This document shows positions 54,008-62,879 of a stretch of 64,000 bases of DNA, piece after piece; the first letter of the stretch is position 1; the number at the start of each line of letters is the position of its first letter. A program made the position numbers and the translations under genes. The stretch lies in contig CBFGRJ010000001.1 in assembly GCA_965651135.1 (NCBI GenBank), positions 3,318-67,317 of the forward strand, read 5' to 3'. Origin of the DNA: an uncultured Myxococcales bacterium (GTDB lineage: Bacteria; Myxococcota_A; Polyangia; Polyangiales; Polyangiaceae). The notes below the pieces were generated by a model. It had not been told where the DNA came from, ran no database searches, and was given only the letters and a program-made list of their open reading frames with translations.

Positions 54008-54038
54008 TTGACCACTGGCACACCTCTCGCTTTATACA
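54008..54038 (+). promoter_or_regulatory. gspC promoter region with overlapping sigma-54 (-24/-12) and sigma-70 (-35/-10) signatures
   Basis: TGGCAC (54016-54021) with GC at 54029-54030 gives the canonical GG-to-GC spacing of 12 (TGGCAC-ACCTC-TCGC versus consensus TGGCAC-N5-TTGC). The same DNA reads TTGACC (54008-54013), 17-nt spacer, TTTATA (54031-36). It lies 14-40 nt upstream of the gspC GTG at 54052. Confidence 0.4.
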
Positions 54039-54051
54039 AGGCTCGCACGAC

Positions 54052-55041
54052 GTGGCATTCGACGCTCTCTTCAAGAAGTACTTTCTGCTGGTCATCCTGG
54101 CGCTGGTGGCCATCGCCGCTTACTTCCAGGCGTCCGGCACCACGGCGCTCATTGGAGCGGCCCTGACGGAACCTCAACCACCGCCAGTCGCCGATGCTCC
54201 CACCGCGGCGGCGCGCACCACGCCCAACCGGCGTTCAGCGCAGCCCCTGATCAAGCGCAATCCGTTCGACTCGGAAACGGGCCCGCTCGACAGCAAGCCC
54301 GCACCCAAGGTGGCGCTGCCAGATCCCGAACCGCAGATCACCGATCCCTTGCGAGCTCCGGTCTGCAGTGACGTCAAGGTTCAGATCATCACCGAGTCGG
54401 ACGACCCGCTGTGGTCGTTCGCCGCCTTGCAGGGCAATGGGGATACTCACCCGATCTTGCGACGAGTGGGCGACGCCGTGAGCGGTCGAGAGGTGGCCTA
54501 CATCGGCTTCAATCCCACCGAAGCCAGTCCAGCCGTGTGGTTGACCAAAAGCTCTGACCTCTGCCAGGCGCTGCTGTTTGCCCAGCAGCCCGACGTCAAA
54601 GCTCAGCCTGCCTCGACGCCTGAGCAAGCGGACGAGGAGAAGGCGGCGCCCAAGACGCCGCCTCGCAGGGGAGCCAAGGCGGTACCCGCCGAGATCAAGG
54701 ACAAGATCAAGAAAGTCAGCGACAGCGAATTTCACGTCGATCGCAGCGTGGTGGACAAAATCCTCGCCGATCAGGCGGAGCTGATGCGTTCCGCTCGTAT
54801 CGTACCCGAGAAGAAAGATGGCAAGGTGGTGGGCATTCGTCTGTTTGGTATCAGACCCGATACTCTGCTCGGGACCCTGGGTTTTCAAAACGGCGATCGG
54901 CTGGAAACCATCAACGGGTTCGACATGGCGAGCCCCGAAAAGGCTCTGGAAGCCTACGCTCGGTTGCGGACCGCCAATAACCTGAACGTGAAGATCAACC
55001 GCCGTGGTCAATCTCAAAGCATCGATTACAGAATTAAGTGA
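54052..55041 (+). CDS. gspC: type II secretion system protein GspC (TM anchor + HR-like region + PDZ)
   Basis: GTG 54052 gives (M)AFDALFKKYFLLVILALVAIAAYFQ (TM anchor), then a Pro-rich linker. A C-terminal PDZ is visible (VVGIRLFGIRPDTLLGTLGFQNGDRLETINGFDM). It sits directly upstream of gspD. The track TTG 53941 lies inside the terminator and promoter region. Confidence 0.7.
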   Translation: MAFDALFKKYFLLVILALVAIAAYFQASGTTALIGAALTEPQPPPVADAPTAAARTTPNRRSAQPLIKRNPFDSETGPLDSKPAPKVALPDPEPQITDPLRAPVCSDVKVQIITESDDPLWSFAALQGNGDTHPILRRVGDAVSGREVAYIGFNPTEASPAVWLTKSSDLCQALLFAQQPDVKAQPASTPEQADEEKAAPKTPPRRGAKAVPAEIKDKIKKVSDSEFHVDRSVVDKILADQAELMRSARIVPEKKDGKVVGIRLFGIRPDTLLGTLGFQNGDRLETINGFDMASPEKALEAYARLRTANNLNVKINRRGQSQSIDYRIK

Positions 55042-55048
55042 GTGATTT

Positions 55049-57502
55049 GTGACTAGGCTTAGCCGTACCAGTTCCTTTGCCCTCGTTTCTTTGGCCCTGC
55101 TGACGGCCCAGCTGTCGCGAACGTCACCCGTGCTTGCGCAGCCGCAACCGCAGAACCCACAGCAGGGGCAGGATCGCGATCCTCCAGGCGCCGCGGGCCC
55201 CCTGCCCACCACCATGGACAAGATCGCGCAGGCAACGGATATTCCTTTCGAACCCAAACCCCCTGGCTATCGCGTCAAGTTCAACTTGCAGGATGCCGAT
55301 CTGGCGGAGCTGGTCAATCACATCAGCGGGATGACCGGCAAGCGCTTCATCTACGGAGCCAAGGTCCGACAGATCAAAGCGACGGTGGTGTCACCCCAAC
55401 CCGTGACCTTGGAGGAGGCCTACGAGGCCTTTTTGTCGATTCTGGAAGTCAACGGCATGACCGTCATCCCGCACGGTCGTTTTCTCAAGATAGTCGATAG
55501 CGCGGGCATCAATACGCAATCCACCCCAATCTACTCGCGCGGCGCGCCCATTCCGGAAACCGATCGCTTCGTGACTCGCCTGTATCGGTTGCAGCATGTC
55601 ACGGCGGAAGAAGCGGCCGCTGTCTTGGCGAAGTTCAAGAGCAAAGACGGAGACATTTCGGTGTACGGCCCCGGGCAGCTGCTCATCATCACGGACACCG
55701 GGACCCAGGTGAGGCGCTTGGTGCGCATCATCGAGGAGCTCGATGTGGGAGGCGTGGGCCAGCAGATGTGGATCGAACCGGTGAACTACGGTGCCGCCGA
55801 GGAGCTGGCGACACGGATCAACGAGCTGTTCGAGCTCGGCAAACCGGGGCAACCGGGAGCACCGGGCGGCGGCGCCGCCTCGGGAGGACTGAACCGCGTG
55901 ATCGCCGATCCGCAGACCAACTCGTTGATTGTGGTCGGCACCGAGGAATCGTACTTGAAGCTGCTTGAGGTGCTCAAGCGGCTCGACGCGCGCCCTGGAG
56001 AGGTCGGCAGAGTACACGTGCTGCCGCTGCAGCATGCCGTCGCCGATGAGCTTGCGGCCACGCTGACGCAGATGCTCTCGGGCCAGCAGGCCAACGCCAA
56101 GGGGAAAAAGGCCGCAGCGAGCGCCGCGGGCGACGCGGCCGGCATGTTCGAAGGTACGATTCAAGTCACCGCTGACGTGGCGACCAATTCATTGGTGATC
56201 ACGTCGTCTGGCCGGGACTATGCACAGCTTCGCCTGGTCATCGACAAGCTCGATCGCCCTCGCCGTCAGGTGTTCATCGAAGCCGTGATCATGGACATCG
56301 GGGTCAGCGATACGAACACGTTGGGTTTTGCGTTCCACGGTGGGTCCCAACAAGACCTGGGTGGAGACGGCGATTCCCTGATCCTGGGTGGCTTCGATGC
56401 CGGTCGTTCGACGGCGTTTCCGCTCGACCCCAACCTGCTGGGCGGCTTCGCGGCGGGTATTCGCGGACCCGATCTGCCCGGTACGACCAACCTGTTGGGA
56501 AATGGGTTGAGCATCCCCGCGTTCGGCGTGGTGATGAATGCACTGGCAGAGAGCGGCCGAGGCAATATCCTGGCCACGCCGCACATCATCGCTACCGACA
56601 ATGTTCCGGCCGAAATCGATGTCGGTGAGAACATTCCCACGCAGATCAACGCAGGCGGAGGAATTGCCAATCTCGCGGGTCTGGCGGGCGGACAGAGTCA
56701 AGGGCTGGGTGCTGCCGCGCTCTTGGGAGGCCTCGGCGGGTTGGGAGGCGCCGCGCCCCGTGTCAACACCGGTAACCGCATCAAGATCACGCCCCACGTC
56801 AACGAATCGTCGCAGGTTCGCTTGGAGCTGGAGCTCGAGAGCAGCGCTCCGGGTGCTCCGCAGGGCGCCCTGGGTGCCATCCCGATCACGCGTCGGACCA
56901 CCACCACCACGCTAGTGGTCAAGGACCAACAAACCGTGGTCATTGGCGGCTTGACGCGCGAGGAGTACGTGACGTCGCGCACAAAGGTTCCGGTGCTGGG
57001 AGACCTGCCGGTGCTGGGTTTTCTATTCCGCAGCTCCAAGAACGAGAAGCGCAAGAGCAACCTGCTGCTCGTCTTGACGCCGCACGTGGTGCGAGAGCAG
57101 GGCGATCTACGCAGGATTTTCGAGCGCAAGATGCGAGAGCGTCAGGAATTTCTAGATCGCTATTTCGTCTTTGCCACCGATGCTTGGGAGCCGCCGACGG
57201 ACTACTCGCGCGCCAACGGCTTGGTGGAGGAAATCAGGCAGGCGCAGTTCGAGTACGCGGAATTGAAGCGACTCGAGGAAGAAAGTCGGCCCACCGACGA
57301 GCGGACACACGAGCCGAGCGACCCGATTGCGCTCCCGGTCGAGGTCCACCAAACACAGCAGCCGCGGCAAAGCGCTCCGAAAAAGGCAGCTCCAAAGAAG
57401 AAGGCTCCCGCCAAGCGCCCCAAGAAATCCGACAACCAATTCAACAACCCCATTCGAATCGCCCCGATTGCACGGAGCGTGAATCTGGAGCGAGTGGAGT
57501 AG
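55049..57502 (+). CDS. gspD: type II secretion system secretin GspD
   Basis: Signal peptide, N-domains (FNLQDADLAELVNHISGMTGKRFIY; VIADPQTNSLIVVG; VTADVATNSLVITS) and a secretin domain ending in VPVLGDLPVLGFLFRS. It has a Lys/Pro-rich C-terminal tail. GTG start. Confidence 0.95.
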   Translation: MTRLSRTSSFALVSLALLTAQLSRTSPVLAQPQPQNPQQGQDRDPPGAAGPLPTTMDKIAQATDIPFEPKPPGYRVKFNLQDADLAELVNHISGMTGKRFIYGAKVRQIKATVVSPQPVTLEEAYEAFLSILEVNGMTVIPHGRFLKIVDSAGINTQSTPIYSRGAPIPETDRFVTRLYRLQHVTAEEAAAVLAKFKSKDGDISVYGPGQLLIITDTGTQVRRLVRIIEELDVGGVGQQMWIEPVNYGAAEELATRINELFELGKPGQPGAPGGGAASGGLNRVIADPQTNSLIVVGTEESYLKLLEVLKRLDARPGEVGRVHVLPLQHAVADELAATLTQMLSGQQANAKGKKAAASAAGDAAGMFEGTIQVTADVATNSLVITSSGRDYAQLRLVIDKLDRPRRQVFIEAVIMDIGVSDTNTLGFAFHGGSQQDLGGDGDSLILGGFDAGRSTAFPLDPNLLGGFAAGIRGPDLPGTTNLLGNGLSIPAFGVVMNALAESGRGNILATPHIIATDNVPAEIDVGENIPTQINAGGGIANLAGLAGGQSQGLGAAALLGGLGGLGGAAPRVNTGNRIKITPHVNESSQVRLELELESSAPGAPQGALGAIPITRRTTTTTLVVKDQQTVVIGGLTREEYVTSRTKVPVLGDLPVLGFLFRSSKNEKRKSNLLLVLTPHVVREQGDLRRIFERKMRERQEFLDRYFVFATDAWEPPTDYSRANGLVEEIRQAQFEYAELKRLEEESRPTDERTHEPSDPIALPVEVHQTQQPRQSAPKKAAPKKKAPAKRPKKSDNQFNNPIRIAPIARSVNLERVE

Positions 57503-57507
57503 GCCGA

Positions 57508-59277
57508 ATGGAGCAACGCGCGCTCGGTAACATCTTGATTCGGCACGGCGTGGCGTCGCCGGACGCCTTGGAGCCGCTCTACGCCCAGCAGCGCGAAAAA
57601 GACGCTTCTTTGTTGGAGCTCATGGTCCAGGCCAAAGCTGCAACGGACGTGGACATTGCGCGAGCATTGGCCGCCGAATGCGGCTTGCCGTTCGTCGAAA
57701 AAATCGCGATAGACGAAGTGCCGACCCAATTGGCCACGCGCCTGCCGATTGGCTACGCGCGCAATCATCGGTTGCTCGTTACGGCAGAAACCGACGACGG
57801 TGTTCACGTCGTTTGCGCCGACCCGCTCGACGTCGATGGGCTGGATGACGTGCGTGCCGCCTTCGGAAAGCCGGTGCACGCGCGTGTGGCCACCCCCAGT
57901 GTGGTGATCGACGCGATCAACCGCGTTTACGAGCGCCAGGAGACGATGAGCGAGCTCGAAAGCGACGAGCGACGCGAGGATGAAGATCAAGTCGATCTCT
58001 TGGACTCGGACGAAGATGCGCCGATCATTCGCTGGGTCAACGGCTTGTTTTCGCAAGCGGTCAAGGAGCGCGCCAGCGATATTCATATCGAGCCGGAGGA
58101 AAAAGAGGTGGTCGTGCGCTATCGCATCGACGGCCAGCTCTACGTTTCGCGCACCGCAAGCCGGCAATTCATGAGCTCGGTGGTGGCCCGCGTGAAGATC
58201 ATGGCAGGGCTGAACATCGCCGAGAAGCGCCTGCCGCAAGACGGGCGCATTTCACTCAAGATTGCAGGGCGCGGCATCGACGTTCGCGTTTCGACGATTC
58301 CAACCAGTCGCGACCACGAGCGCATCGTGATGCGTCTGTTGCACAAGACGAATGTGCTGCTCGATCTGAGTCAGCTGGGCTTCGCCCAACGCGACTACCA
58401 TCTGATCGCTGACCTCATCAAGCGACCCGACGGAATCATTCTCGTGACCGGTCCAACCGGTAGCGGCAAGACAACCACGCTCTACGGGTGCTTGAATCGC
58501 ATCAACCAGCCCAATATCAACATACTCACGGCCGAAGATCCGGTCGAGTACGAGATTTCGGGGATTCACCAGGTGGCCGTGCAGCCCAAGATCGGGCTCA
58601 CCTTTGCCAGCGCGTTGCGGGCCTTTTTGCGCCAGGACCCCGACGTGATCATGGTGGGCGAGATTCGCGACAAAGAAACCGCGGAAATCGCGATGCACGC
58701 TTCCATGACGGGTCATTTGGTGCTGAGTACCATTCACACCAACGATGCTGCAGGCGCAGTCACGCGATTGGTAGAGATGGACATCGAGCCGTTCATCGTG
58801 CGCTCGACCGTGATTGGAATTCTGGCCCAGCGTCTGGTTCGCGTCCTGTGCCCGAATTGCCGCGAACCGTACGAGGCGACCAGCTACGAATTGACACAGC
58901 TCGGAGTCGACCCCGAGCGGACTCGTTGGCGGCAGCGGCGCACCCTGTCTCATCGCTATCAGCACCCGAACGTCGACTATCGCCCGATCGGGTGGGAAGG
59001 GCCGGGCATGCCGATCTTTCATCGAGCCAAGGGTTGCGATCAGTGCGACTTCAAGGGCTTCACCGGTCGGCTCGGTATTTACGAGCTCTTGATTGCCGAC
59101 GACGTGGTAGGGGCGCTGATTCTAAAGAATGCTGACGCGCAGACGATCAAACGAGCGGCGCAAAATCAAGGGATGGATACGCTGCGGGACGACGGCGCTC
59201 GCAAAGTGTTCGACGGCCTGACGACGGTCGAGGAGGTGGTGGCGGCTACCCAAGACGACATCATCCTGGACGAATGA
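57508..59277 (+). CDS. gspE: type II secretion ATPase GspE
   Basis: ATG 57508 (MEQRALGNILIRHG). Walker A VTGPTGSGKTTT, Walker B IMVGEIRD and tetracysteine CPNC...CDQC. The track ORF from 57184 overlaps the gspD end. Confidence 0.95.
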   Translation: MEQRALGNILIRHGVASPDALEPLYAQQREKDASLLELMVQAKAATDVDIARALAAECGLPFVEKIAIDEVPTQLATRLPIGYARNHRLLVTAETDDGVHVVCADPLDVDGLDDVRAAFGKPVHARVATPSVVIDAINRVYERQETMSELESDERREDEDQVDLLDSDEDAPIIRWVNGLFSQAVKERASDIHIEPEEKEVVVRYRIDGQLYVSRTASRQFMSSVVARVKIMAGLNIAEKRLPQDGRISLKIAGRGIDVRVSTIPTSRDHERIVMRLLHKTNVLLDLSQLGFAQRDYHLIADLIKRPDGIILVTGPTGSGKTTTLYGCLNRINQPNINILTAEDPVEYEISGIHQVAVQPKIGLTFASALRAFLRQDPDVIMVGEIRDKETAEIAMHASMTGHLVLSTIHTNDAAGAVTRLVEMDIEPFIVRSTVIGILAQRLVRVLCPNCREPYEATSYELTQLGVDPERTRWRQRRTLSHRYQHPNVDYRPIGWEGPGMPIFHRAKGCDQCDFKGFTGRLGIYELLIADDVVGALILKNADAQTIKRAAQNQGMDTLRDDGARKVFDGLTTVEEVVAATQDDIILDE

Positions 59278-59289
59278 GAGTGTGAGCTA

Positions 59290-60516
59290 GTGGCGGTCTT
59301 CGAATACAAAGGCATTCAGATCAGCACCGGTAAGGCTGTCAAAGGCTACCGCGATGCCGACAATGCGCGCGCACTCAGAGGCTTGCTCAGGCGCGACGGT
59401 ATTCTCTTGACGCTGGCTACGGAGGAGAGCGAGCGTAAACAGAAGGCCAAGCGCAATATCGATCTCTTGGCGTTTCTGCGTCGGCCAAACGCATCCGACA
59501 TCGCCATCATGACCCGCCAATTGGCGACGCTGGTACGCGCGGGCGTGCCGCTGGTCGACTCGGTGGCAGCGCTCACGGAGCAAGTCGAAAAGGAGCAGCT
59601 CCAGCGCGTCTTGACGGGGGTACGCGAGACTTTGAACGAGGGCACCAGCTTCGCCAAAAGCCTGGCGATGCATCCCAAGGTCTTTGCTCCGCTCTACGTG
59701 AACATGGTCGCCGCGGGTGAAGCCTCCGGAAACCTTGAGGCGGTGCTGGAGCGCTTGGCGGACTTCATGGAAGGGCAGGCACGCCTGAAAGGCAAGGTCA
59801 TGGCATCACTGGCCTATCCTGTGCTCATGGCCTTCATCGGGACCGTGCTCGTGGGCTTTTTGATGGTGGCCGTGGTGCCCAAGGTCACCGCGATTTTCGA
59901 GAATTTGGGGCAGGCCTTGCCTTGGTATACGGCGCTATTGATCTTCGTTTCGGACGTCATCTCCGGTTACTGGTGGTTGATGTTTTTGTGTGCGGGTCTC
60001 GGTTATTGGTGGCTCCGGCGCTGGAAGAGCAAGCCCGAAGGGCGACTCAAGTGGGATACGCTCAAGCTCAGGCTCCCGCTGTTCGGGAGGCTCAACCTGC
60101 TGGTGGCGGTTTCGCGGTTCACTCGCACCCTGGCCACATTGTTGGCCAGCGGCGTCCAGCTTTTGGCGGCCATGGAAATCGGGAAGAACGTGCTGGAAAA
60201 CGCGCGACTAGAGAGTGTGGTCAAAGAGGCCATCGGCTCCATTCGCGAGGGCGAGAGCATCGCCGAGCCGCTCAAGCGCAGCGGGCAGTTTCCGCCCATG
60301 GTGACCCACATGATCGCCGTGGGTGAACGTTCCGGTCAACTCGAGCAAATGCTCGAAAACGTGAGCCGCGCGTACGAATCAGACGTGGAGACGCGTGTGG
60401 CCGCGCTCACCAGCTTGCTCGAACCGTTGATGATCCTGATCATGGGAGGCGTCGTGGGGTTCATCGCCATGTCGATTCTGATGCCCATGGTTCAAATGAA
60501 CGAGCTCGTACAGTGA
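59290..60516 (+). CDS. gspF: type II secretion inner-membrane platform protein GspF
   Basis: (M)AVFEYKG start, two GspF/PilC repeats and three TM segments. 408 aa. Confidence 0.95.
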   Translation: MAVFEYKGIQISTGKAVKGYRDADNARALRGLLRRDGILLTLATEESERKQKAKRNIDLLAFLRRPNASDIAIMTRQLATLVRAGVPLVDSVAALTEQVEKEQLQRVLTGVRETLNEGTSFAKSLAMHPKVFAPLYVNMVAAGEASGNLEAVLERLADFMEGQARLKGKVMASLAYPVLMAFIGTVLVGFLMVAVVPKVTAIFENLGQALPWYTALLIFVSDVISGYWWLMFLCAGLGYWWLRRWKSKPEGRLKWDTLKLRLPLFGRLNLLVAVSRFTRTLATLLASGVQLLAAMEIGKNVLENARLESVVKEAIGSIREGESIAEPLKRSGQFPPMVTHMIAVGERSGQLEQMLENVSRAYESDVETRVAALTSLLEPLMILIMGGVVGFIAMSILMPMVQMNELVQ

Positions 60517-60519
60517 CTC

Positions 60520-60936
60520 ATGATCAAGCGAAGGCGCCGTGGAGAGGTACGCATCCTGTTCCCTTGGGAAGGCAAGGGCGGGCTACGCCGTTGGTTGGGC
60601 CTGGGCAAGATGCGACCCTTTTTGTGGGTGTTCGTGGTCCTGGCCTTCGTTTGGGTAGTGGGCGCACGCGAGAGGCACTCGGCGGGAATACGCACGACCC
60701 GTGCCAGGTTACTGCAAGTGCGCAGCGCCATCGACGCCTACATGGCGGAAAACTCCGGCGAATGTCCCAGCAAGTTGTCGCTGGTAGCACCTCACGCCGT
60801 AGGTCAACGAGTGCCGCCGGATGCTTGGGGCAGACCATTTCGGTTGATCTGTCCGTCAGACAGACCGGGCTACGACTACGAACTGATGAGTGACGGCCCG
60901 GATGGCAAGCCGGGCGGACTGGATCGAATCGAATAG
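60520..60936 (+). CDS. GspG-fold (T2SS protein G C-terminal domain) protein lacking a prepilin cleavage/methylation motif
   Basis: The C-terminal half, ARLLQVRSAIDAYMAENSGECPSKL...PPDAWGRPFRLICPSDRPGYDYELMSDGPDGKPGGLD, follows the GspG globular-domain pattern (dPWG.pY.Y....g.ydl.S.G.DG). The N-terminus is basic plus one TM (MRPFLWVFVVLAFVWVVG) with no G/FTLxE motif and no Glu+5. An alternative start is ATG 60610. Confidence 0.7.
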   Translation: MIKRRRRGEVRILFPWEGKGGLRRWLGLGKMRPFLWVFVVLAFVWVVGARERHSAGIRTTRARLLQVRSAIDAYMAENSGECPSKLSLVAPHAVGQRVPPDAWGRPFRLICPSDRPGYDYELMSDGPDGKPGGLDRIE

Positions 60937-60967
60937 GTTCGGTTCTCAAACGAACGAGGTAACAATC

Positions 60968-61468
60968 ATGCAAGAGACGAAAAGAATCCAGGGTTCTCGC
61001 CTTGACGACCCAGGGCGGTCGACGTCTGGCGCCGCTCTGACCGGTTCAGTGTTCTGCACCGGTCAGCGTACACGGAGCCGCATTTTTGCCGCTTTCGAGC
61101 GAGGTACGACCTTGGTCGAGGTGTTGATCGTGGTCGCCATCATCGCCATGGTGGCGGGCGGCGTCGCTTTCTTTGCATTCCCCAAGTTCAAAGAAGCGCA
61201 GAAAAAGTCCGCTCTCACCGGGGCGCGTGTGATCCGCGGTGCCGCACAGAATTGGCAGATGACCAACGACGGCTGTCCGACCATCAGTCAGCTGATTCAG
61301 GACAAGCAGCTCGACAAGGCGCAGGACACCAACGACCCGTGGGGCGGTGACTACTCCATCGTGTGCACGGACGACGATATCATCGTGTCGTCGGATGGCG
61401 CCGACAAGAAGAAGGGCACCGCCGACGACGTCAGCGTACCGAAGGTAGCTGCCGAGGGTGAGGAGTAA
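60968..61468 (+). CDS. gspG: major pseudopilin GspG
   Basis: FERG/TTLVEVLIVVAIIAMVAGG is a prepilin motif with Thr at +1 and Glu at +5. NDPWGGDYSIVCTDDDIIVSSDGADKKKGTADD is the GspG globular domain. ATG 60968 gives a 46-aa leader and in-frame GTG 61049 a 19-aa leader. Confidence 0.85.
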   Translation: MQETKRIQGSRLDDPGRSTSGAALTGSVFCTGQRTRSRIFAAFERGTTLVEVLIVVAIIAMVAGGVAFFAFPKFKEAQKKSALTGARVIRGAAQNWQMTNDGCPTISQLIQDKQLDKAQDTNDPWGGDYSIVCTDDDIIVSSDGADKKKGTADDVSVPKVAAEGEE

Positions 61469-61482
61469 CCCCAAGGCTCGAC

Positions 61483-62190
61483 GTGACCCGACCCGTTCTT
61501 TCACCACGACTTCGGCGCGGCGTTACCCTCGTCGAAGTCTTGATCGTGGTGGCGCTGATCGCGATCCTATCGGGAGCAGTGTTGGTTGGGTCCGGCGCCT
61601 TGGGCGGCAGCCGCGAGCGGGCAGCAGCGACGTTGATCGTGACGGCGGTTCGTATGGGGCTCGCGCGCGCCAACACAACCGGGCGCCCCACGCGGCTGGT
61701 GTTCGACCTGGACAACCACATGCTGACGCTGGAGGAGACCTCGTCGTTGGTGATGGCGCGGGAGCAGGAAGAGGGCGCGGAAAGCACCGGTGCCGGCGCA
61801 GACCCCGTGACCGATCTGGAGCGAGAGGCCAAAGAGGAGGCCGAGGAGATCATCGAAGGTCCTCGAGCCCCGCGCCCGGCTTTTACACCGGTTCAGGAGT
61901 TCAAAGCGGACGGTGACGAACCCAGCGGTCGTTCACTGGGCGGGGGCGTCGAGTTTCGCTTCGTGCAGACCGAGCACGATGGGCAGGAGCGAACCAGCGG
62001 TCGCGCCTACCTGTACTTCTGGCCGGGTGGTGAGACCGAACATGCAGTGATTCACCTGGGACGCGGTGACGACAACGGCTTGAGTGTGCGAGTGAGCGCC
62101 TTGACCGGGCGCGCCAGGATCGAGAAGGGCCGCGTCGAGTTGCCGGAGCGTCGCTCGGACGGAGAGATCAGCGAACGGGAGGAGGAGTGA
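61483..62190 (+). CDS. gspH: minor pseudopilin GspH-like
   Basis: GTG start. LRRG/VTLVEVLIVVALIAIL prepilin motif. 235 aa with an acidic insertion (REQEEGAESTGAGADPVTDLEREAKEEAEEIIEG). Assigned to GspH by position and size. Confidence 0.7.
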   Translation: MTRPVLSPRLRRGVTLVEVLIVVALIAILSGAVLVGSGALGGSRERAAATLIVTAVRMGLARANTTGRPTRLVFDLDNHMLTLEETSSLVMAREQEEGAESTGAGADPVTDLEREAKEEAEEIIEGPRAPRPAFTPVQEFKADGDEPSGRSLGGGVEFRFVQTEHDGQERTSGRAYLYFWPGGETEHAVIHLGRGDDNGLSVRVSALTGRARIEKGRVELPERRSDGEISEREEE

Positions 62191-62879
62191 GCCAGCGTGG
62201 TTTCACCCTGCTGGAGGTGATGGTCGCCATCGCGATCTTGGGGCTCGGTCTCACGGTCATCCTCAGCTCTCAGACCGGCATGTTCGCCAGTGCGACCCAT
62301 TCGGAGAACCTGACGCACGCGACGTTTTTGGCGCGCTGCAAGATGAGCGAGACCGAGCTGGAGCTGCTCAAAGAAGGCTACCCACTGCTCGACGAAACCG
62401 AGTCCGGTCCGTGCTGTGAAGACGATGACTCGGAATTCACCTGCGTCTGGAAGGTCGAGCAGGTGGAGCTGCCGCAGCCCGGCAGCCTGGTGCCCGACGC
62501 GGGGGACCTCGATGGCGGCATTCCGGGTACGCTGGCGCTGGACGGGGACATCGACGCGCTGGGGGCAGTGAGCAGCATGCATGACCCCACGGCGCTCCAA
62601 GGAGGCGACCCTCTGAGCGCCATGGCCGCCCTTGGAAGCGGTGAGGGGGCTGCCGGTATCGGAGCCATGGTGATGAGTCTGGTTTATCCAGATCTGAAGC
62701 CGATGCTCGAGGCGAGCATCCGAAAGCTGACCGTGACCGTGAAATGGAAGGAAGGCATCTCCGAGAAGGAGCTTTCCGTCGTCCAATACGTTACGGACCC
62801 ACAGCAGGGAGGGCTCTTTCAGACGGCGGAGGACTTGGATGCCGGGCTGAGCGGCAATCCGCTGGAGGAGCTGCAATGA
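62187..62879 (+). CDS. gspI: minor pseudopilin GspI-like
   Basis: (M)SQRG/FTLLEVMVAIAILG is a canonical prepilin motif. GTGA overlap with the gspH stop. At 230 aa it is about twice the usual GspI length, owing to a Gly/Asp/Ala-rich insertion. Confidence 0.7.
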   Translation: MSQRGFTLLEVMVAIAILGLGLTVILSSQTGMFASATHSENLTHATFLARCKMSETELELLKEGYPLLDETESGPCCEDDDSEFTCVWKVEQVELPQPGSLVPDAGDLDGGIPGTLALDGDIDALGAVSSMHDPTALQGGDPLSAMAALGSGEGAAGIGAMVMSLVYPDLKPMLEASIRKLTVTVKWKEGISEKELSVVQYVTDPQQGGLFQTAEDLDAGLSGNPLEELQ

